Of a stretch of DNA of 64,000 nucleotides, positions 27,481 through 40,810 are shown in pieces. The position numbers and the translations under genes were made by a program. This DNA is from the human T2T-CHM13v2.0 reference genome, Homo sapiens, in NCBI RefSeq assembly GCF_009914755.1, contig NC_060934.1; one strand, 5' to 3'. A model generated the notes under the pieces. It worked only from the letters and a program-made list of their open reading frames with translations, was not told the origin of the DNA and did no database searches. Within the stretch, counting starts at the first letter, position 1, and each line of letters opens with the position of its first letter.

Positions 27481-28610
27481 GAGAATGATGCATTCTCTAC
27501 TGGATTTATTATGTCTCCCATGTTTCTTCTGTAGTCATGGACCAGGAAGACAGTGTCCAGAGACTTATATTGTGCTAGATTGTTATTTCTGTTGAGGTGT
27601 GAAGTCCCAGTGTCCTCTACCTTTCCTAATCACCAGTGCTAGAAGACCCTGCCAACTCTCAAAAGCACTGGGCTGTTTGAAAGTAATTCCAGAACCAATG
27701 TTCATAGCTAAACAATCATGAACAGGCTCAAGAAAAGAATAGTTTTCATGTATTTTTTCATTAAAATATTTTTCTAGTCACATTGACAGACATCTATTCA
27801 CATCCTGTATCTTAATGACCATTTTTCTCTTGCCAGTTACAAAATGACTGCTTCCTGGTGCTCTTGTTTTTTCAAGATATAATGGTTACCATGGATACAT
27901 CAATAGATTTTGGATATTTTGCTTTTTAGCTCTGAAAAATTACCTCTTCTCACAGCACATAACATATTGTGTAATGAAAATGAATTCAATGAGAGATCAA
28001 ATGGTAACTAAAAAAAAGATACTATGAAAATAGTACATTAATAGAACATTTGCTGTAAATACGCAGGTTCAAATGCTCAAAGAATCTTAAAGCAAAATAT
28101 TTATAAAGATTTTTCATTTTCATTATCCTATTGTAAGATAAAGAGAGTCATGGCAGAAAAGATAATCTGGCTGAATCCCTCTTTTGGAACTTTTGCCTTA
28201 GAGAGAGAGCATGCAAGCTATAAAGATATCTACAAATATTTTAGTATTAAATAAGTTGAAGAGTTTAACTCATGGAGGGAGATTCCAATAACTATATTGT
28301 TATCAGCTTTTTTTTACTTCCTTTCTACACTTGGTATAATAATCCATTCCATGATATATATAATCTGGTACCATCCAACTCACTCTACTATCCTTTCACC
28401 CAGCTCTAAGCCACTTCCTCTCAATTTTCTACAGAAGTAACACTCAATCCCTTTCACCATTTTTCCATATAGCAGACATTTAATGTTTTAGAGTATTGGT
28501 TCCAGAATTGATTCTGACACAACTATAAATATCTCCAAGGAAATAATTTATCATGAATGCATTCACACACAGGTGTGTATATGTAGGGGTGAATATATAC
28601 CATATATAAA

Positions 28611-28614
<4 letters not shown>

Positions 28615-28680
<66 letters not shown>

Positions 28681-28708
28681 TACATACACACACAAACATA
28701 CATACATA
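28615..28708. repeat. (TA)n(CA)n compound microsatellite
   Basis: Direct reading. Confidence 0.95.
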
Positions 28709-29344
28709 TCATTATTTAAATGATCTGAGTACTAGGAAGCCTCCTAGGCCACCAGGGAGGTAGGAAAGTGCGAATGGGTACTTTAGAATAATGACTAATT
28801 TTCAAAATCCTTTTTTTCTTAACCTCCTCTTCTAAAAGAGAGGAAAGATAATTCAGAGCAGAGGGAAGATAGATAAATAGATTATTATGACTTTATGGAG
28901 AGAAATATTAGAAATAAGGAGAATGAAGTGATGAAGAAACAGAACAGTACTGACATTCTAGAATTTCCACTTCTAGACATCAAGTGTTCAAATTGAGCAT
29001 TCTGTTCATCGAAGATAGAAAATGGAGTTTTAAAAAACAAGCAGGTGCTGACTTTTACTAGAAAGTGTCAAATCAAAGGATTTTCACTGATAATTTTTTT
29101 CATGTTATTAAACCTAAATAGGAAAATTTTCTGAGAATTTTGGTGCAGCTCTAAAGTTGAAAAATTATCTGAATGTTTTATTTTTCTTTTCTTGTTTTTT
29201 TACACAGTATTTAGTAACATGGGAAATTCTCACACAACTGTTTGGATTCTACCAATTGGCTCTTCTCAATTGTTTAAAAATAAATCATAACATATCTGAT
29301 TTAATCATATGTTTTTAAGTACGTGTGGTCCACATGTTTTATTA

Positions 29345-29504
29345 TTTCTTCTTCTTCTTCCTCTTCCTCTTCCTCTTCCTCCTCCCCCTGTCTCCTCCCC
29401 CTCCCTCTCTCCCTGCTTCCTCCCCCTCTCCCTCCTCCCCCTCCCCTCCCCCCGCTGCTGCCTCCTCCTCCTCCTCCTCCTTCTTCTTCTCCTTCTTCTT
29501 CTTC
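29345..29504. repeat. Polypyrimidine low-complexity tract (TTC/CTC/C-runs)
   Basis: About 160 bp that is almost purely C/T on +. Confidence 0.95.
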
Positions 29505-30494
29505 TGCCATGTGTTAGACAAATTTAAACCTACCTAAAGAGTGGCTTTTCTTACTGTGTTTTCTCCTAATACTGTCTCTGCATTCTTCCAAACTACTTTC
29601 AAATTTAAAATATCTTATATCTTCTCATTCACTTCTCCTCCCTTTATGCGTGACTCATGAATACATCCTTTCAATGACAATTTTTCTATTTGAAATTGGC
29701 TTCAGAGGAAGAAAAAAAATAAGTGTTGTATTATCTCATACTTTTCAACTGTATTCAGTACTAAATTGATGCTTTTTCATCCACGATTCTATTCCTACTA
29801 ACCTTATAAGTGGGACATAATCTGTGTTTTATGCAATTTCCATTATATCATTGTTGCTCAAGTAATCTGGAACATAAAACAATAATAAATAAGCCTTCTC
29901 TAGGGATTCAACAGTAATCCGCTTTTTCACTCTGATAAAATTAAGTCTTTATAATCCCCTTTTTGTTTCAAATTCAAACCAAGCCACTTCAAGTCTCTTT
30001 ATTGTCATTGTTTGCTTTCTCCACTGAATTCAACTGTTTATCTCTTTGTCTGAGAAACTCATTTATTCTTTCGCTTGATATTGGTTCTTTTCATACTGAC
30101 CATCCTACCATACACTGCTCCCAAATCTGTGCTAATGTTTGCTTTTCAAGGAATTAATGTTTTCCCTTTCAAATAATGTTAAAGTTGCTTTCATATGTAA
30201 TTTAATCTTCTCCTAAGTAGTTTCCTTGATTCAACATCTCTGCGTGTTCCTGAATGTTAAGTCTCATTGCTCTCTTGTCAAAATTCCTATTATTTTACAA
30301 ATACTGCTATTATTACAAGTACAATAATACTAATAAATTTTGAGAGGCTCTTATGTGCCACTTGTGGTGCTAAATACTTTGCATGTATCAATTATGTGCA
30401 TTCTCTCCCTAAACCTTTGCATAAATATTCATCTTTTTATTGTTTATCAGTGAAAATCGGAGCTGAAAATGTTAATTACTCAACTTCAAAGAGC

Positions 30495-31771
30495 TAATGT
30501 TGGTGCAAAAATAATTGCAGTTTTTGCATTGTTGAAATTTACCATTTGATAATGGAATACATTTTTGAATAAATGTGGTTATATTATACATCACTTTAAT
30601 ATGTGTTTATCACTTTTTTTGCTAATGGCTTATTACTTGCTGTTTATTTTATGTTTATTTTAGACTATGGAAATTTTGTTAGACAAAAAGCAAATTTGAG
30701 TGATTTTCTTATTCGAGTTCAAAAACGGGTTGTAAAGCAGCAGAGACAACTTCAAACATGAACGATGCATTTGGCTCAGGAGTTGCTAATAATTTTACAG
30801 TGCAGTGGTGGTTCAAGAAGTTTTGCAATGGAGATGAGAGGCTGAAAGATGAGGAACATAGTGGCCAGCCATCAGAAGTTGACAATGAGCAGTTGAAAGC
30901 AATCATCGAAGCTGATCCTCTTACAACTACAAGAGAAGTTGCCAAAGAACACAATGCCAACCATTCTACGGTTGTTCAGAATTTGAAGCAAATAGAAAAG
31001 TGAAAAAGCTCGCTAAGTTGTTGCCTCATGAGCTGAGCGAAAATCAAAAAAGTCATCGTTTTGAAGTGTTGTCTCCTCTTATTTTAAGCAAAAGTAAGGC
31101 TCCATTTCTCTTTTGGACTATGATGTGTACCAAAAAGTGGATTTTATATGACAACCGGTGATGACCAGCTGAGTGGTTGGACTGAGAAGAAGCTCCAAAG
31201 CACTTCACAAAGCCAAACTTGCACCAAAAAAAGGTCATAGTCACTGTTTGATGGTCTGCTGCTGGTCTGATCCACTACGGCTTTCTTAATCCAGGCAAAA
31301 CCATTACATCTGAAAGTATGCTCAGCAAATCTATGAGATGCACCAAAAACTGCAACACCTGCAGCTGGCATTGGTCAACAGAAAGGGCCCAATTCTCCAT
31401 AACAACACCCGACTGCACATTGCACAACCAATGCTTTAAAAGTAGAACTAATTGGGTTATGAAGTTTTGCCTCATCTACCATATTCATCTGATGTCTGAC
31501 CATCCGACTACCACTTCTTCAAGCATCTCTACAACTTTTTGCAGGGAAAACGCTTCCACAACCAGGAGAATGCAGAAAATGCTTCCCAAGAGGTCGTCAA
31601 ATCCCAAAGCACAGATTTTTACACTATAGGAATAAACATACTCACTTCTCATTGGCAAAAATGTGTTGATTGTATTGATTCTTATTTTGATTAATATAGA
31701 TGTGTTTGAGCCTAGTTATAATGACTTAAAATTCATGGTCTGAAACCGCAATTACTTTTGCACCAACCTAC
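30495..31771 (+). mobile_element. Full-length Hsmar1 mariner DNA transposon (about 1.28 kb)
   Basis: TIRs GTTGGTGCAAAAATAATTGCAGTTTT / AAACCGCAATTACTTTTGCACCAACCTA enclosing the complete transposase region; the TA TSD is degraded. Confidence 0.97.
30667..31694 (+). pseudogene. Hsmar1 transposase pseudogene (homologous to the SETMAR MAR domain)
   Basis: MEILLDKKQI* start. ORF 30758-31003 (TVQWWFKKFC...EEHSGQPSEVDN...IIEADPLTTTREVA) is HTH region. LPHEL and YSSDV*PSDY motif remnants. Stops and frameshifts throughout. Confidence 0.95.
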
Positions 31772-31949
31772 AAAGTGGCAGAGCTAGGATTTGAAGTCAA
31801 CTGGAGAATGTTAGTGGAAAGAGCAAGTGTTGGTTATTAAATAAAAAATATCCTGGTTCTAGACCAGAAATTTGAGAGAAATTTTACAGAAATTTTACAG
31901 AAAAATAAAACTGATATTCCTACCTTAAAGGCAGTGTGTGAAAGAGCAG

Positions 31950-32483
31950 GCAAGTGTATACAGTATCTCTTTGTCAACTTTAGATCTGCTTGGCCTCACA
32001 TATTTATCATACCAACAGTTGCTATAGCACTGAGTCCTGTGTGGACTCTAATAAAGTTCAGGCAGATGCAACCTGACTGAGTCTTGTTTCATAACCTCAT
32101 CACACATCACATACCTTGCACTTCTACCTCAAAGGCTCTTCTGATGATCATAAAGCACACAACAGTACAAAACCCTCCTTGGTGCCTAAATATCTACGAT
32201 TGCAGGAGTACTGTCCCGTGGGTTGTATATTTGATCAATGAAAATGTGAAAGTGAGTGGATAAATGATTTCCTTTCTCTCTTATAAAAATCTTGTTCTAA
32301 CATCATTATTTGTCTTACCTTCTTGGACACTGCTTGTATTCAGCAGTTGATAGCTCAGAGACGATTCTTTATATTTGATCTTCATATTTCCTTGCCCAAC
32401 ACCCCTTCACCCTCACTCCTGATGCCTGAGATTCCTAATACAACTTATGCCCTCGTCTGATTTTTGGGGAAACCAAGAATAGA
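31950..32483 (+). mobile_element. LTR16-family (ERVL) solo LTR, degraded
   Basis: 3' end CACCCTCACTCCTG...CTAATACAACTTATGC...TCTGATTTTTGGGGAAACCAAG. Confidence 0.55.
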
Positions 32484-33069
32484 GTTGGAGCCACATAGTG
32501 ATAGTTTATTCCAAAATATCACTGAGTAAAGTAAAACAATGAGACATACAATGGTAATTATATCTCACAGTAAACTAGATATCATATCCAGATTTTGACC
32601 TCCCATCAGTTTGGATACCTGTAACCAACCTCTGCCTCTATCACCCCATTACTCTGATCCCTGAAAACAATCATTTGATATATGTGGAGTGAGAGTCAAA
32701 TATAAAATGTTTGGTTTGTGTCACACATTGAGCTTAATAATGAGAATTCCGAATTAAATAGGGCACAATCGGACTTAAAGCAGCTCAGGGTACAATAGAG
32801 AAACAGAGATGTCAATTAATAAATAACAATACAACAGGATAAGTATAAAAGTTTGGGTTACCGACGACCTCATATTTTCTCAAATCATTTTCCTAATATT
32901 CATCTTCTACAACACTACCAGGTAGATTTCAATAAGATAATTATCCTTTTATTCACATAAGTCATAAACAGTTTATAAGAATATGTGTTAAAAATATAAA
33001 TTCCTGAGTCTATATTCCTGACTTACTGACTTAACATTCATCAGTGAAATTCAGACAATTCATAATAGG

Positions 33070-34285
33070 GCTGCTTTCAAATCCTGGCTGTGCTTCAGAA
33101 CTAGAGAGCTTTTTGGTTGGTGATTTTGTTTAATTTTAATTTTTAAATTAACATAAAATAAAATATTTTTGCGGAATGTACAGTTTTATAAATATTAACA
33201 CAAGTATTGATTTGTGAATTGTGAATCTACCACCAAAATCAAGACACAGAGCAATTCTATCACGGAAAAAATCACTCAGGCTTACCCTTTGTAGTTACAC
33301 CTTTCTCCCATCCTTACACTCTGGCAACCACTGGGATATTCTCCCTCCCAATAATTTTATCATTTTGATAATGTCATTTAAATGTAATTGGAAAGGAATT
33401 AACTTTTTAAAGACTGTCTTATTTCATTTAGGAGAATGCCTTTGAGGTTTACCCAAGATGTTATATTTATAAATAGTCCATTCATTTTTATTTCTGGGTA
33501 GTATTCCAATGCATGGAGGTATCACACTTTACTTACTCATTGCCCCACTGCTGGACATTTAAATTGTTTTCAGTTTTTGATGATTCTGAATAGAGCTGCT
33601 ACAAACATTTGCATGTAGATTTTTGTGTGAAAATCAGTGTTCATTTCTCTAGATAAAGTAAATGCCGAAGATTGGATTGCTCGGTCACATAGAAAGAGTA
33701 CATTTAACTTTATAAGAAAGTGATCGAGTGTTTTCCAGCGTCCCACCAGCATTATTCAAGTATTCTCATTTCTCCACATCCACATCAGCATTTGGTGTTG
33801 TAGTTTTGTTTATTGTGTGTGATATTCTCATAAGTATGTGATGGTGCCGCAACATGGTTTTAATGCATTTCCCTGATTACTTATGTTGTCGCACATATTT
33901 TCATGGGCTAATTTCACACATTTATATCTTCCTGGGTTAAGTGTCCCAGGTCTTTTCCAATTTTTAAAAAACTGAATTTTTACTTTGTTTCTATTTGTTA
34001 CTGTCGAGTGTTTCGAGTTCTTAATATTTTTGTATACAATTCTCTTGTTAATATGTGACTTGCAAACGTTTTCTCTCAGTTTGTAGCTTGTTTCCTCTTA
34101 ATAGTGCCATTCACATTAAAAAGTTTTCTTTAACTTTTTAAAAATGTTGATTACTGGTGAAAGATTTAAATTATACACATTATAGTTTCCAACCCACTTT
34201 GACCTACTAATCATAACATCTAGATGTGACATCCAAGAATATATATTTTAAAAATAAAACTTTCCATGTGATTCTTAACCTGGAT
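33070..34285 (+). mobile_element. MER5-family element split by L1M (33070-33112, about 34140-34285)
   Basis: TTCAAATCCTGGCTG...AGAA...GAGAGCTTT, then ACCTACTAATCA...TTTCCATGTGATTCT. Confidence 0.5.
33130..34135 (-). mobile_element. L1M (L1MC/MD-like) 3' end
   Basis: CCACCAAAATCAAGACACAGAGCAATTC...CTGGCAACCACTG...GAATAGAGCTGCTACAAACATT. Confidence 0.85.
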
Positions 34286-35029
34286 TAACATGCTTTATTC
34301 CAGAGTAAGGTCAGCAAATAATATGCCAAGACATATTTTCCTACACACCCTTGGCTACTTTATCGAACATCACAGATTTAACAATAACTTCTCTGTTTGT
34401 AACTCTGAAATATTTAATGTTCTTGATCTCTCATAAACCAGGTATATGCTGGATATGTAGCTCCAACTACATTCTACTAATTCCGACACAACTAATTAAG
34501 TGTTCAACAATTTGAAGTCATTATTAACTGCAAATTGCTGCCCTGTGTTCAGCCCTTTTTTTGTTAATTTCTCAACACCTAGTATTATAAAAAAATTGAA
34601 AACTAATAAAAGGGAAAGAAATAAAAAAAGAAAGATGAAAGAAAAGAATGAGAGAGGGAAAGAATAAGAGATGGGAGAAAGGAGAGTGGCAAGGAAGAAC
34701 ACAAAGAAAAAAAGGAGAAGAGGAAAAAATGAAAGAAAAGAGAATAATAGTTTACAGTTCTCTTTGATCCTCCACTATTTTTGCCTCAAACAGTGGTTAT
34801 GACTTGCCACTGAGGAGCTAATATTGGTAATAGGATGGACATAAAAAACATGGCCTGGTAAGTTTTATTTTTGTTTTTGTTTTTTCTGATCTCATCAGCC
34901 TGAATCAGAGGGATGATAAAAATTTAAATATCTATAAAACAAAGGTATGCTGAACAAAAGAAACACAGAATTGATTCGTTCATTTATTCAATCACTCATT
35001 TTTAAAAATATTTAAGCTCTATGAAATTG

Positions 35030-35272
35030 TGTATTATAAAAATAACAGACGTTGTTTACTAGATATCTGGAATGATACTAAATACTTTTCATTTATTAAC
35101 CAATTTAGTTGTTATAATTACCCTGTAAGATATGTGTGTGACTATATTTATTTTTCAGATGATTAAGCTGAGACAGACAAATAAGTAACATTCCGAGATT
35201 ACATCATTTGTAGTAGAAGACTCAAAATTGTATTCAGTGTTCTGTTTACTTCCAAGGCAGTGCATTTAGCTA
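35030..35272 (-). mobile_element. MIR
   Basis: TTTTCAGATGATTAAGCTGAGACAGA...AAGTAAC...ACTTCCAAGGC. Confidence 0.72.
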
Positions 35273-35834
35273 TAGTTTTTGGCCTTTGCTATGATTCCCT
35301 TTGTATGTAGATTAAAGGTACACCTCTACTTTTCATATTCTGAAACTTCAAGGAAAGTTCTGCAGGCAATTTAAAAATGAGGAAACACATAGTGCCCTGT
35401 AACACCAATATGTTAAAGATTAGAGAAAATATGTGTAGAGAAAATCACTTGAACAGTTTGCTCTGTGAGCAAGAGTACATAGCAACAAGTACAAATGTGT
35501 AAAAATAAAAAATCGCTGGGCAGTTTAACCAGAAAAAGATGTAAACAAGTCAAAAGCTTAATACTTTTTGAAAAATGAAATTATATTGAAAAATTCAAAC
35601 ATGAATAAATCTATTTCCTTAATCTTATCTATGAAACATAAATATACAACAAAAGTATTTAGAATATTTTTTAAACCACTGCATTAAAAAAAATAAGATT
35701 CTAGAATAAAACACAGATTGGCCAAACTTTTTAACAGAATTAAATTGTGTGTTTCCCTGCACTTTTTTAGTGTGCAACAAAGAATACTACACAGAATTAA
35801 ATCTCTAAGGTAGAAACTTTCAATAGAAGGAAGT

Positions 35835-36050
35835 GAGGAGTGGACTGTGAGGGTCAATTCCGATTCTACCATCAGTTAGCTATGTCATCTGGTTTTATTT
35901 ATTAATTATCTTATTATACTCAATGTTTTTTAAGTGTCAGGGATAGTAGTACCTTCCTTTAGAGATTTTTGGGAAAGATTGAATTAGACAGTATCTATAA
36001 AATGCTCTTTGTAGTATCTAGCACATAACTACTTCTAATAAATTGTAGCA
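35835..36050 (+). mobile_element. MIR
   Basis: TTAGCTATGT...GGGATAGTAGTACCT...CTAGCACATAA...AATAAAT. Confidence 0.72.
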
Positions 36051-37302
36051 TTAATTTATTCTATATACATATTCATCTATAATAAGACTTATCTCAGGTT
36101 GACCAGTCACACATTAATATAAAGCATATGCCAGCCTATAGAGATTGTAAGAAAACATACTTTTGGTGGTATTTGTCTGAGCTTTGTTAATCCTAAATAA
36201 AAAGTGCTCAAACTCAATACATCTCTAGTTTCTACTGCCCCCATACATTTCAGTGTTTCCCAAAGATAAATAAAATGAATTATATGATAATCATTTAGAT
36301 CCTAAACATATCATTTATAAACCAACAGAGATAGCAAGCACCTGGTGCCAAGAAAATCACTCTTATTGGGTGGATTTCCATTTGCAGAGACTGAGAAGAA
36401 TATTAGCATAAAGCAGCCCAACACAAGAGTAAAAGCTATTTTAATGCTTTGAAGTGGGGGTGAAGAGCTCTCAAATCCAGTACTGGGTTTATTAACAATC
36501 ATTGGCATTGGCCCTGTAAATTATAAGTTACGCATACAAGGAATATATCTGTAAACTGAACACTTCTTTCACTCCTTAAAGGGTACCTTGAGGATGATAA
36601 TGCAAAACAGTGAAATTTAGAGGAAACATTTTGTATGATTTGAATAATTTGCATTATTTGATTCAGGCATGATTTGAATGATTTGCATGATTCTCTATTA
36701 GCAAGGATGGTAGAAATGTTAGTTATGTAAGGTTAATTATATGTATAATTAACCAAGAATAAAAATGACCTTCAGATAGTCTTATTTCAGCAAACAATAT
36801 GCCAATCATTTCCATTTATCATTCCTATGAATGATTCTTCTAATTTGTCTTTGGTATCAGATGGTATTACACTCACAATACTTAGTTATATGTAATCATG
36901 TCCTACTATAGTGAATTTCAAGAGGATATCAGCATATCTCACAGAGTGTAGTTGTTGTAATAATATAATAGTTGCCACCTAAAGTAAAAGCAATCTACTT
37001 TTCACATTCCAACTCTTATCTTGGATAATTTTAATAAAATTATAAATATTCCCATTTTGCAGTAGATGGAATTTTGGTTTAAAGAAATTTAATGACTAAT
37101 CTTTGCACATGTGTTAACAGTTACTGCCACCCACTGACACCGCAACTACATTCTGAATGTTGAAACAAAACAGGCTTATTTTTGCCAGAGATGAAAGTTG
37201 CTTATTAGTTTGCTTTTCGTAATAGTTCCAATTTACTTTGTGTCATTTTTAGGAAAAATAAGTGTCAGGAAAACAACATATAATTATTTAAAATATTTTA
37301 AG

Positions 37303-37610
37303 GACCATGCATGATGGCTCAGGCCTGTAGTCCCAGCGCTTTAAGAGGCTGAAATGGGAAGATCTTTCGAGGCCAGGACTTCAAGACCAGCCTGAGCAAC
37401 ATAGTGAGACTCCTTCTCTAAAAACAATAATTTATAAAAATATAACTAGGCATAGTGGCACATGCCTGGAGTCCTAGCTCCTTGGGAGGCTGAAGTGGGA
37501 GGATTGCTTATGCCCAAAAATCTAAGCTGCTGTGAGTTAGGGTGGCACCACTGCACCCCAGCCTGGGTGACAGAGTGAGACTGTGTTTCAAAAAAAAAAG
37601 TAAAATAAAT
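37303..37610 (+). mobile_element. AluJ
   Basis: Diverged dimeric Alu: GAGCAACATAGTGAGAC, GGAGGATTGCTT. Confidence 0.92.
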
Positions 37611-37834
37611 TAGTTTTTTTTTTAAATGGCACAAGTATACTAAAATCCCCTTGTGAATAGTCAATATATCCATTACATATTTGAGTTTGTATAAATTTTA
37701 AAATGTGCTATAATTATGCTCCATATTTATCTTCTCTTCATGCCATCCTTTAATGAAAATTTAGCTGAAATTCTTAAGACAGTTATGTTTTTGAAAATTA
37801 TAACAATTTTTATATGTGCTGCCAAAGCAAGCAT

Positions 37835-38110
37835 AGTGGTGAGGATGTGGAAAAATGGCAATTCATGTACACTATTGGTGGATATGTAAATTAGTATAGC
37901 CAATATGACAGTATGGCATTTCCTTAAAAAAATGAAAATTGAACAGCCACATGAACCAGAAATCCCACAACTGGGAATAAATTTAAAGGAAATGAAATCA
38001 GTATGTCATAGATGTCTGTATTCCCATGTTTATTCAGCATTATTCACAATCACCAAGATATATATTCAACCAAACTCCCTATCAATAGATGAACAAATAA
38101 AGAAAATGTG

Positions 38111-38179
<69 letters not shown>

Positions 38180-38653
38180 AACAATGAAATACTATTCAGC
38201 TTTTGAAAAGAAGGAGATTCTGTCATTGGTGACAATCTAGATGAACTTGTAGGGTTTTATGCTAAGTGAAATAAGCCAGGCACACAAAGACAAATAGCTC
38301 AGGACTTCACTTAAATGTAGAATCTAAAAAAGTCTAATTCATTTAAGCAGAGAGTAGAAAGGTGATTACCGGGGCTGGGAATATAGGAAAGGAATGAAGA
38401 CACATTGGTTAAAGGTTACAAAAATTTCAGTTAGGAAGAACAAGTTCTAGAGATCTATCAATAGTAACTACAGTTGATAACAATATATTGTTTACTTGAA
38501 ACTTTCAATGGAGCTTTTAAATGTTCTCACCACAAAAACTGCTAAGAATGTGAAGTGATGAATATGTCATTCCAAAATGTATTTATTCATCAAAACATCC
38601 CCTTGTACACCATAAATATATATAATTTACATTTGTCAATTTAAAATATAAAA
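37835..38653 (+). mobile_element. L1MA 3' end with internal (TA)(CA) microsatellite at 38114-38179
   Basis: GGTGAGGATGTGGA...ATGCTAAGTGAAATAAGCCAGGCACA...TTCTCACCACAAAAA...TTTGTCAATT. Confidence 0.9.
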
Positions 38654-38719
38654 ATTGTGTGTATATGATAAAATACATGAATTGTGTGTGTATATATGAT
38701 AAGATGTTAAAAAATAATA

Positions 38720-39720
38720 AGAGGCTATCTTCATGACCTTAGGATAATCAAGGGTTTATTAGAACACACAACATGCCAACAAGGAGAAAAATCAATTAAT
38801 TGTACTTAACATAATTAAGAGACCATTAAGACAGTAAGTACAATGACAAGCCACAGAATGGGAGGAAAAAAATTGTATATCTAGGAAACATATGTAACAA
38901 CAACAAAACAACAAAGGCAGGTAATGCAATAGAGAATTGGGGAATTTGAGCCTGCAATTCATAAAAGAGAATACCCAAATGGATAATACACATATATAAT
39001 GGGGCTGAACTTGATTCATTATCATAGCAATGCAAATTAAAACTACAATAGGATATCTCTATGTACTCACCTCAAGGCTCAAACAATGAATGGATATTCT
39101 ATTCTATGACTAGATCTTGTTTACAGCAGAGGTAGAGTATGGATTGGTACAATCACTCTGGGTAACATTTTGACAGCATTTAACAATAATGAACCTACAC
39201 ATTTCTCATTACTTAGAAATTCTATATCTGTTATAAACCATACAAAAATGCATAGTTAAGCTCATGAAAAGATAAGCATGAGAATGTTCATAGAATCACT
39301 TCAAAATATCTCAAACTGGAAACAACCCAAATACGTATTCAGAATAAACTGATGAATAAATGATGGTATATTCATAGAGGAGAATACTACATAGCAACAC
39401 GAACGAACTGCATTTTCTGAATGGACCACAATTGCAACCAAAAACATGAATGAATCCCCAAAGTGTGTTGAGTAAAATAAGCCACTCACAAAAGAGTATA
39501 TATTGCATGATATCATTAATATAAAGTTCAAAAATAGGTTATTCTAAGGTGTTAGAAGTTGTAACAGTGGTTATCCTTGGTGGTGGTGGTGGTAGAATAA
39601 AATGAGATTAGATACAGCCCAAGTATGTGCTTCAGAAATGCTTTGTTTCTTTATGTGGTGCTATTTACAGTGATGTTTTTTATTTTCTAAAATTTCACTG
39701 GGTGTGCCCTTGTTAATTAT
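38720..39720 (+). mobile_element. L1ME-like 3' region
   Basis: ATCTTCATGACCTTAGG...GACAAGCCACAGAATGGGAG...AAACTGGAAACAACCCAAAT. Confidence 0.8.
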
Positions 39721-40689
39721 CTTCTTTTTATAAAATTAAACTAATTGTATAAATAGTCAAACATACTGGAAAATCAAATCATAGCTAGCCATGATTCTCC
39801 TCTGTAGTCTAACGAACTTGTAATCTATAACACTGAATATTCTAAGTAAAACGATTAGAAATTTGATAAGCTTTTTCTAACATGATTTTTCATTAGGTAC
39901 AAGCTCATATTGTTTACTCTGCTTTGATTTGATTTAAAAAGTTTCAAAATAACCTGAGTGAGATAAAGGAATTATTTGATAGTTGCTAATCATAGAAAAT
40001 AGCCTCAAATATATGACCAATAATAATGTCTGTGGAAATGAAATGGCATAGAAGATAAAAGAATATAGGAATGAAGTTCACTTCATAAATATGACATAAT
40101 TTGAATTATTGAAGGTGAAGGAGTTTTTACTGTCATTTATTTATATCTTTTATCTTTCAAGCCTTACTATCAGACCAATAGGAGCAAAAGGCTGTGATAT
40201 TTCATTACAAATGTACAGTGTTATATAGAATACAGGTTTTCATTTATTATTCTTAAAATGAATACCCAAGATCATATAAAATAATTCACTTTGAAGTGAA
40301 GGGGGGCTAAATAATTCATGTATTACGTTTACCATGGACCTTCTCTAGTCTGCTTGTGGAGAAAATCTCCTTTCTTGGATGAGAAATTACATTGGAAATA
40401 TATAAACAGCGGCACAGTCATGTGATTTCTTCTGCTCACCTTAATAGAAATTAGATGCTTATATCATCTGTGGCTATTTAAGACATAGTATTGACCATTT
40501 TTCCATTGGTCATGTTTCTTTCATGATGGAAAAATAGGCTAACTTACTTAATAAAAGAGAAAAAAATGTCTGAGATTTCAACCCATAAAATTAAGCACTT
40601 CTCTTTAAAATATTTTTATCTAACTCTCAATAAGCCTAAAAAACTACTCGTGGTACTTTTTTATTTTGCAGAATTTCATTATTTTATTT

Positions 40690-40810
40690 AGGAATTCATT
40701 ACAGAAATATTTATGGCACATTCATACCATGCCAGGCTAGATTCTTGGAATACAGTGCTAAGCTCTGGAAAAACAAAGAACAACCTTTCCTCAAGATGTG
40801 TAGTGGAAGA
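40690..40810 (-). mobile_element. Short L2 3' fragment
   Basis: AAATATTTATGGCAC...CATGCCAGGC...GGAATACAG. Confidence 0.55.

Larger units (their letters stand above)
30335..31800 (-). mobile_element. MIR split by Hsmar1 (30335-30494 and about 31772-31800)
   Basis: CTTATGTGCCA...GTGCTAAATACTTTGCATG...GAGCTA resumes as AAGTGGCAGAGCTAGGATTTGAA. Confidence 0.75.

Noticed and set aside
29301-29537. Poly-E/G, poly-P/S and poly-L ORFs
   Set aside because: All are translations of the same low-complexity pyrimidine tract, with no gene context.
30667-31694. Possible SETMAR gene or active transposase
   Set aside because: No SET-domain exon is visible; there are multiple stops and frameshifts, and two of three catalytic aspartates are lost.
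34794-34857. Plus-strand 64-nt exon-like segment (AAACAG|...CTG|GTAAGT)
   Set aside because: Splice motifs only, with no coding signal; pseudo-exons are common at this scale.
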